A stretch of 64,000 nt of DNA, from positions 186,001-250,000 of the forward strand of contig CBFFRQ010000068.1 in NCBI GenBank assembly GCA_965644315.1. Direction: 5' to 3'. The notes beneath the pieces were generated by a model. It saw nothing but the letters and a program-made list of their open reading frames with translations. It made no database searches and was not told the DNA's origin. Both the position numbers and the translations under genes were made by a program. Every line of letters begins with the position of its first letter. Within the stretch, counting starts at the first letter, position 1. Shown here one piece after another: positions 56,201-64,000 of the stretch. This DNA is from Caecitellus pseudoparvulus (lineage: Eukaryota > Protista > Bigyra: Bicosoecida).

Positions 56201-59200
56201 CTCACCACTCCTCGGAGCAGAGGGGGGGGCCATCCTTCTCGCCAGTGCCCTTGACCCCCTTCAATCCGCAAGCCCCTGCTGCACTGCTGCCGGAGCAGCC
56301 TTCTCTCTTGTGGCAGAGAGCTCGTCGCTGCTGCACAAGGAGCGCGGGGAAGCACTCGCGCGCCCTGGGCTTCAAGGCGTGCTGGACGTAGAGGCAGCTG
56401 GCCCAGATGGCGGTGGAGCTTGTGGCGCCGGTCAGTTTACTCAGATGCGTCTGGCCTGCAGTGTGCTGCACTGCCGAGCCTTGCAGTGGGCCGTCATGGC
56501 GCTGGGCCCTGCTGCCGCCAACACCGCTTTGCAACAGGGCAGTTCCCTGGAGCATGCAACTAAACTGGCAGGGCTGTGGTCTGGAATCGCACTGGGTGAC
56601 GACGGGCACCTCCCTCCAGTTTCAGCTGCTGCGCTTGGCGTTTTACGTGCGTGGGTCCTCATGGCCCCGAGCTTGCTGCCTGCTGGACTGCAGCTGCTGG
56701 CCGCCAGGGCCACAGCGATGGGGGAGACTGGTGCTTCAATGGCAAGGATCGGCCGCCAGTCGCTTTGCTGCTCAGACCAGCAGCTCCGCCAATTTCCCAT
56801 TCCTGGCACGCTACTGGCATTGGTGCGCAGCTGGGGCGCCAACGTCGTGCCTGTGTCCGACTCGATAGCAGGGGGTGATCGCCTGCCCACCCTGTGGCGG
56901 GGTGAGTGCGATGGCCGGGTCTGGTGGGCGGCTGTCCAGCGCAAGCCCCCCAGCTGCGCGCTTGAGATAGGTCTCGCCACAGGCGCCTTGCCCTTCCTGG
57001 ACGCCATGAATGCTCCAAGCTCACAGCAGGGCACAGCAAGAGGTTCTGCTGAACCAGCCGAGGCCGATGGGGGTGGAGATGCAGCAGGCATGATTGCCAG
57101 TGAGGGTGGTGCAGTTGCAGAGGCGCACATAGCGAGTGGCGCCGCTGCAGCCCTGCGGGCCCATGGTGCGGTGGAAGGCGCGGCGGCAGCTGCCATGGCC
57201 GCTTCTGGGGCAACACAGGACAGCAAGAGGCACTGCCCTGCCGCTCGGGCGTCAGTCTTTCTTGGCCTCTTGTGCAGTGTGGATGGAGACGGCTTGACCT
57301 CAGCTCCCGCCCGTGCCGCATGCCTCTCCTGGTACTTCAGCATTGCTCAAGGTATCCTGTCCACTGCCCCCACTGTCCTGCCAGGAGTGAACGTTCCGGC
57401 CCTTGTACATAAGCCCAGGGCCACTGCATCGACGCTGAGCGGATTTGTTCTATTAGGTGGCTCCCTGCGTGATTTGCTGCAGGCGGACACGCTTGCCGCG
57501 CTGGGGGAGGGCTTGCGGCTGGTTGAGGGGCTGGAGTCAGTGTCTGGCTGTGTCGCTGTGCAGAGCGCTTGTGGGGGGATGGCGTTGGCTCTTGTGGCTC
57601 CTACACACCCGGGCAGCGGCGCTGTGGTCGCGGCCGGGCTGGCCGGGTATCCCGATTTGACAGTGGAGCACAAGGCCTCTGCGTGTGCTTTCCTCACTGG
57701 CACTGGGACATCGATACGCATCGATGAGCCAGCTTCAGTTGCTGAAGTCGTTTTCGGCGGTGCTGCTGGCCAACCCAGTGTGCCAGCTCCACACACTGCA
57801 TCCCTGCTACAGGTTGCGGCCATGGCTGCGGCGTCTGTGCTGGGCGTTGGACTCGCAGGAAGCACGCGATTGACTGATTCACACCAGTTCAAACTCACCA
57901 AAGCTGCTGTCGCTCATCCGGCGGCGTTGGGGGCAGCGGACAGAGCCGAGCTGATGCTCGCGTCCACTCAACTTGCGTGGGCATGCAAGCCAGACGATGG
58001 AGGCGGCGGTCGTGTTGCCCCTCCTGTTTTGCAAGTGGGAGAACACGCGCTTTCGACCGGGGACAGCAAGCTGGCTCCTGGCTCGGCGGGAGTGGATACC
58101 CCAGCCGAGGTGCTTGGCGTGCGACCTGGGTGTTTTGGAAGCCTGACAGGTACTTCTACCGGCTGGGCAAACCTGCTGCACCTCTCTGCCAAACGAAAGC
58201 CCCTGCCAGTTGCTGCGTCAAGTGGCTCAGCCACACGGGAAGCAATTGCAACTGCAGACCCTTTGGCAGAGGGAGGTTCGCCTCTTGCTGCTGTGCTTCG
58301 CCAAGGACACGCCTGCGTTGTCACGAGCCCAACGCTCAACTTGGCAGTTGCCACGCACTCAGTCTTGGGGTCTCTGCCAACTTGTTTGCTTCCAACTGTT
58401 GTGGAACTGTGTGCAGCAGGAGCGCTGCTCCCGGCATTGGCTCTGGCAGAGTGGTCCCACCGCCCGGGCAAAGGGGCTTCACAGCCAGGGCGTGCCCCAC
58501 AGCCCCAAGCTGCCGTCACTCCTTTGCTGGAAGGCTTGCTGCAGGCCATCAGCGCCCTGCTCAGCCAAGGGGACACCGCAGGCGGGGACCTCGGAGGGGT
58601 TGCCGAGGAAGGCGCCAGCGCCGGGCCCGGCCTCAGCCTGAGTGACCTCGGCGATCTGGGTGCCGACCTGCAGGCAGAGGAAGCCGTGGAGCCCCCTCCC
58701 GATCCCGCCACGGGCGAGGGGCTCAGTGCACGTGGTGAGGCCACGGCTGTCCCGGCATGCGTTGACCGCCAGCTTGCCATGGCTGTCGGCTCCATGGCCC
58801 TGCAGTGGGTGCTGGCTGCAGCTGCAGCTGAGCCTGGGGCACCTCCCCTTGCATGGCCACGCTCGTCCAACTCCCTGCGCCGCAGTGAGCCCCACCTCGC
58901 TTCGATGCTGCCTCACCTGGGCGGGGAGGGCACAGGCTCGTGGGCAGCGCCTGCCCATCGTGGGGCCCTCCTTGCGATTCTTTCTAGCGGGGGCCTGACA
59001 TCCCGGCGCTCCCGCCAGAAAGCCGTGGCTGCTTTGCAAGCTGCAGGTGCTCCGAGTACTGGCTGGACTCCAGGGCCGCTGGGCAGACCTCGCGCATCAG
59101 CGGTGTCGCTGCATGTGCCAGCCTCATCTTGGGCCGCAAGAGCAGCTTTGCATCTTGCGTGTGCAAGCTCGCCCGCTCTCTCGCACCATCTGCAGCAGCT

Positions 59201-60827
59201 TGTCGTTCCACACCTCTCGGTGGTGAACAGTCCCCGATGTTCAGTTGAGACTGTTGCTGTTGCCGCTACGGAGGCGCTCAGCGGCTTGAAGTTGAGCGCT
59301 GAACAAGAGTGTCACGATCTGCAGGCAAGTTTGACTGTGTGGGCGGCTGTGAACAGGAGGGTGGACCTCACAAGCGCAGATGCCAAGTGGCCGTCAGCAG
59401 CTGTGGGTCTTGCAGCCGGCCCTGCTGCACTGATGGATGCCATTCAGTGGCCAGTCGAGGATATTGCGTTGATCCTGGCATCAGGGCTGGCTACGTTCCC
59501 TTCTTCGAGTACGCCCACCCTCGACCTCGCGTTGCTGGCCGCAGTCGCTGGCGGGTTGCACCTATCGCCTGGAAAGGAAGAGCAGCCTCCACTCACTGCA
59601 CTTGCGCTGATTGGAGGAGTTCAGCGTGCATCTCATGGCACCCGCAGTGACTTGCAAGTGTTGGCAAAGTGCCGGTGCATTGGCGCGCTTGGCGACGCTT
59701 GCCAAGGAGCGTGGGCAGACGACGGCCTGTGCAAAAGCTTGCTTGGGCATACGCTCAGCAGCCTGAAAGCCGCTGATAACCACGACGTGCGTCTCTTGCA
59801 CGCCCATGCATTGCTTGTGAAACAGATTGTTCAAGGGCAGTCAGCCCAGCGATCCGGTCCACTGTGCATGGGGGCTCTGAGGGTTGCGGCCACCCTCGCC
59901 CACGCTGCGTGCGGATGCGCCTCTGACCCCTCAAGCCGCCCCACCTGTCTCTCCTTGCTCCGCTGCCTGGTGTCGGTTGTGGGGAGTATAAAAGTCGCAC
60001 CGGACAGCGCTGGGACAGCCAAAGCTGAGATTGAGTCAGCGGCTGCCATTCTACATGCTTGCTGCGACTTCGCCGCGAGCCCTGCTGGCACGCTGACTGA
60101 GGAGGGGCAGAGTCAATGTTGCCGTGCCTTGCTGTCCTTGCCAGCAAAGGCCCAAAGGCAAGGCAGCGATCTGCTTGCCATGGGAGCTCTCCTAGCACTG
60201 CAAAAGCACGACATTGGCCAACCAGCCGAAACACCACTGCGGCGCCTGGTGCGTGGCTCCACCTTGCGGCCGAGCCCGGCCACAGGGCTGCTGGCGATTG
60301 GTGCAGTGGAGGCCTGCCCCGCCCTTGCCTTGGAGATGTTCCCGCTGGTTGGAGCGTGTGTGCTGTGCGGGCTGTCTGTGGAAGCATTTGCGGCTTTCAT
60401 GCAGGGGCCGCTGCTGTCTGCGCTGACCACTGGCGAGGACACATTGCACTTTGCGCAGGCATTGCCCCACTTACTGCAGCCCCACTGCGCCGCACTCCGG
60501 ACAGGCACACATGCGGCTTGCCTGAATAAGGTATCGTTGTTGCTCGCCTCGGTAGACAAGCAGGCGTTCCGGGCAGCCTTCGCATCCTTGAGCGCGTCTG
60601 ATGCGGCTGCCCTCGAAGCGTCTGTGCGTGCCGCAGCATCGCAAGGCGCGGGGAGGCGTTCTCCCTCACAGCCTGCACCGAAAATGTCAGCTGCTTCTGG
60701 CGCTGCTGAAGGGAGGTCTTCCACTGCAGACGAACAAGCCTCCGAGGGGTGGTCCGAGACCGTTGCGCCTCGGCAACGCCGTGCACGACGAAAAATGGGC
60801 CTGGCAGGATCCCTGCGGAAAGCCTGA
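50249..60827 (+). CDS. HEATR5: HEATR5/Laa1/SWEETIE-like HEAT-repeat AP-1 accessory protein (~3475 aa)
   Basis: Exons 50249-50374, 50461-50681 and 50747-60827, with introns of 86 and 65 nt. HEATR5-like blocks: LTKALKSA, VRRASAQALGEVVRLAG, SGALFALAAMLR, LRSWALHSW...YVASTLSLL, and C-terminal AFRAAFASLS...ALEASVRAA. These are interspersed with long Ala/Gly/Pro insertions. Confidence 0.72.
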
Positions 60828-61151
60828 GACCTGTCCTCAATGCAGTGAACATTGTCCATACACAGGGCAATAGAGGCGCCCACCACCCTGAGCGGGCTGC
60901 CGTTCTGTGACTTGGCGGGCTGGTCTTCACAACTGATGCAACTTGCTTGGAACTGAGTGACACTCTCAAGCACGTTCAATTCCGCCTTCTGGCCACTCCA
61001 AACACGCGCCCCTAAGGTGGAACTCGTTTCCACATACTGAACGCTGAAGGTGACCCACTGAGTTGCCTGCGTGCAGGCGCCCCTCCCGCCGCAGGACAAG
61101 GCAGGCAACGCCGTTTCGTTGTGAAACCCCACTCCGCTCTCCCGCCGCACC

Positions 61152-64000
61152 ATGTCTGACTCAGGACAAGGCACCGTGTATGATTCCCTGCAGCTGACGT
61201 TTGATAGCAAGAATGACAACTGGTTTGTGTCGTACATCGCGTACGGCATCCCCAACTTGCTGTTGCTGGCGGTGGTTTTCGGCTTGCTCTGGCTGCAGGG
61301 CGCCAAGCAACGGTCCGTGTGGGACGTTCCGGGCTGGTTTCTGGAGAAATCGAAGAACGCCATGGCGTGGTTCTACCTTTCTTTGGCGTACTACCTTGCA
61401 TGGGTCTTCACTGCCGCCCTTCTTGTCGCACGGTGAGTGCTGGGCATGGTCGTATGTTGCCGCGACCCTTCAGCTCACCACCGTAGCCCCACCTTACTTC
61501 GCGCGTCATCCTCAGCGGCATCGTCCTTATGATTGAGACAAGGCCCCCCTTGATTGGCCTCTTTGTCATCACCGTCGGCCCTGCTGTCCTCCTTGCCTTG
61601 TACTGGCTGCCTCGGTGGGCTGCCAGCGGCTGGCGCCTGCACGGCGTCCGTGACGCTCCAGACTCTGTTCCCTCCGCTGGTTGCTGCCGTCTGCGGGCAG
61701 GGCTGCCAGCTGGCACATCCAGGGTCGTCGTGGCTGCTGGCATTATCTACGGCCTATTTGCCATCTTTGAGTTGTCCTTCATCTTCACGGGGAATGTTGT
61801 CGTGTCCACGGAGGCGCCAGATGGTAGCGGGTTTGAAGAGTCTTTGGGCTACAAGTATTCCTTCCTTGCAACTTCATGGATCATGCTGGCACTCAATGCC
61901 ACCCTTATGGTGGCTGCTGTCTTCATCTTTTCCTCTGCACCGCCGCAGTACCGCTTGAGCATCATGCTTGCTCGCTTTATGAGGCTTCATGCAGGGGCGC
62001 CGCCTTCCGCAGCCGACGGCACCGACTCCAGCGCCACGCACGAGCTGTCGGAGCGCTTCAACGCAACATACGATCGAAGTGTCGGATTCAGCCGTGGGGC
62101 GGCTGGGGATGACGCTGCAGCAGCTGACGATGAGGAGGCCGCAGAGGAAGCTGACGCCTCCGCTGCTTCGGTTCGCACAGCCGTCTGCCTTTACTCTGCA
62201 TCCCTCGTCGTTATCATCGCATACTCCCTGCTGAATTTTTTCCTGTCAGACAACCGCTCTGACGCCGGCAAGGCGCTCGGTTTTGTCGTTGCCTCTGCGC
62301 TCATCATCCTGGACAGTGCCGTGGCTCTCATGTATGTCGGCGGCCTTGTGCGTTCCCCCGGCAGAGTGGCTAGCGTTGTTGCCCTGTCCAGGGGTGCCGT
62401 GCTGATCTTTGGCGCCCGGTTCTGGCTTATTGGCCTGTCTCTTGTCTACGTGCTCATGGGCCTCTTCCTCGCAAATGCTGTCGTGGACCAGCACTACGCC
62501 CGGCTCAGGGAGGTGCAGGTGGTCAAGGCTCTTGGCGGCATTGATTCCCTGCTGTCTGGCAGCGACGCAGGTGGTGAAGAGGACGAAGATGCTGCCTCCC
62601 GCAAGGCATCTTTAGCCAAGGCGGAGAGCGTAGCAGCTGCTGCAGTCCGCTCTGGCGCTGCGACGCCCCGCAGGGGCAGCGCTGACAGCGAGGGCGCGGG
62701 CAGCGGGGAAGACCAGCCTGTCGAAGTGGCGGCGGATCATGGGCGAGGAAAGCGCCAAGATGGCCCCGGCAAGGTCCTTGTGCATGTGGTGAAGAGTGTG
62801 CTACATGTTCAGCTTGTTGGAGACCAGCAGGGCGTCGTTCCATGGGACGGCGCCTCGGGCACGGCAGCAGATGCCACGACGAGTGACGTTGAGTCGGGGA
62901 CGGACCGGCCTACTTCGGCAGCTGAGGCAGCCACGTCAGCACTGCAGGCTGAACACAAGCAGACGACAATGGAGCGCCTGGCAGCCCCAGAGGTGATTCT
63001 GTGCTACTTGACCCTGACTTTCGGAGGCCTCATTGCGCTGCTGGCGGCAGTGATGACTGGCAGCGCTTTGTTGCCCAGCGACAGAGTGCCAGTGTTGACG
63101 GGCACCCAGCCGCAATGGGTCTTCGGCATTGTGGCTGTGTTCTTCGTCCTTGCGTATCTTTTCGCGCTCTTTTCCTACCGCTTCTACGTGCACGACAACT
63201 GGGCCTTCAAGGGCATGGGGCTGAGCGTTGCGTTGGGCACGGTGGTCGCGTCTACGGTGGGCGGTGTGCTGATGTACGCAGCCACGACCTCGGCTTTCAT
63301 CCTGTGTGGGACAGTCTTTTTCCCCCCCGTTGTCATGCTCATGGCTGCAATGGTTGGGCAGTGGGCACGGGACGACTTCGACGTTCTCGTGCCTGGTGGC
63401 CTTGGTTGGTGTGTCCCTTTCACCCGGAAGGAGCACCGCATGCTGGAAGAGAAGTCAGGCGTGCCATGTCCCTTTGTTTGGCTTCAGCTGACTCGACCCT
63501 GTCGCACTTCGTCCCGCATGTCCGTGACCCCATCGGCGCCGACCACCGACGACACCGTAGCTGCGAGTGCCGGAGACTCTCCCACCGCCTCCGCTTCTGC
63601 GAGTGCCGCATCCTCAGATGCCCCATCTACCTCCCAGTCTGCCACAGAGCTGGACGAAGCTGCAGAGTACGATGCGCTGAATGTGCACCACCCGTGTCCT
63701 ACCGTGTGCAAGCCACGCGGCGCGTGCACTCCATACTGGACCGCTGGTATGTGGCGCAACAATGCGATGCTCCTTGGCGTCGTGCTCCTGGTTGCGTGCC
63801 TCATGGGCATGGGTGGAACAGCCGGCATCGGTTTTCCCCGTAGTGGCGGCGCAGCAGGATGGATCATTCCGGGAGCAGTGCTGCTGGTGATCCTCACTGG
63901 CCTGCCGTTGTACCACTACTTCAGTACTCTGGAGGCGTTTCACCCATTCCAAATCGTGACTTGCGTGCTGGCGCTCCTCGTGCACCTTGGTATCCACATC
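61152..64000 (+). CDS. 5' part of a large multipass membrane protein, possibly a DEK1-type (TML) calpain
   Basis: Exon 1 is 61152-61432, the intron 61433-61515 (GTGAGT...CTCAG), and exon 2 from 61516 appears open to the window end, which would explain its absence from the ORF track. It has more than 12 hydrophobic helices, including LGFVVASALIILDSAVALMY...SPGRVASVVALSRGAVLIFGARFWLIGLSLVYVLMG. No protease domain lies inside the window. Confidence 0.6.

Noticed and set aside
1-64000. Alternative genetic code, selenocysteine readthrough or programmed frameshifts
   Set aside because: Every frame break is resolved by a canonical GT-AG intron, and TAA, TAG and TGA all serve as gene-terminal stops.

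Overview
Gene-dense, GC-rich (roughly 60-70% in spot checks) nuclear DNA of a eukaryote, most likely a flagellated protist. A stramenopile-like heterotroph is my inference, not something I could verify. I reconstructed 18 protein-coding genes by hand, two truncated by the window edges, with 18 short GT-AG introns (65-207 nt). All introns lie within the first ~450 coding nt of their gene. In order: NEK1-like kinase tail; F-box/TPR/transmembrane protein; kinesin-3-like motor; atypical DHFC palmitoyltransferase; NEK kinase; TMEM184; F-box + multipass membrane protein; class-V PLP (cysteine desulfurase-like) enzyme; PAN3; OSCA/TMEM63 channel with a SUEL-lectin-like loop; 85-aa NCBP2-AS2-like microprotein; GPR107/TMEM87-like 7TM protein; orphan TM protein; GaaA-like Gfo/Idh/MocA reductase; a giant (~3750 aa) protein; PIERCE-like ciliary protein; very long HEATR5; and the start of a large multipass membrane protein (possibly a DEK1-type calpain). 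The most striking element is the giant protein, with about 14 C2 domains on EAAAK-like helical spacers, 3 IQ motifs and C-terminal SHIPPO/PGP repeats. It is a candidate Ca2+-regulated membrane-to-microtubule tether, and its C2 array is being homogenised at the DNA level. I saw no rRNA, tRNA, CRISPR array or transposon. All family assignments come from motif recognition, with no database search.
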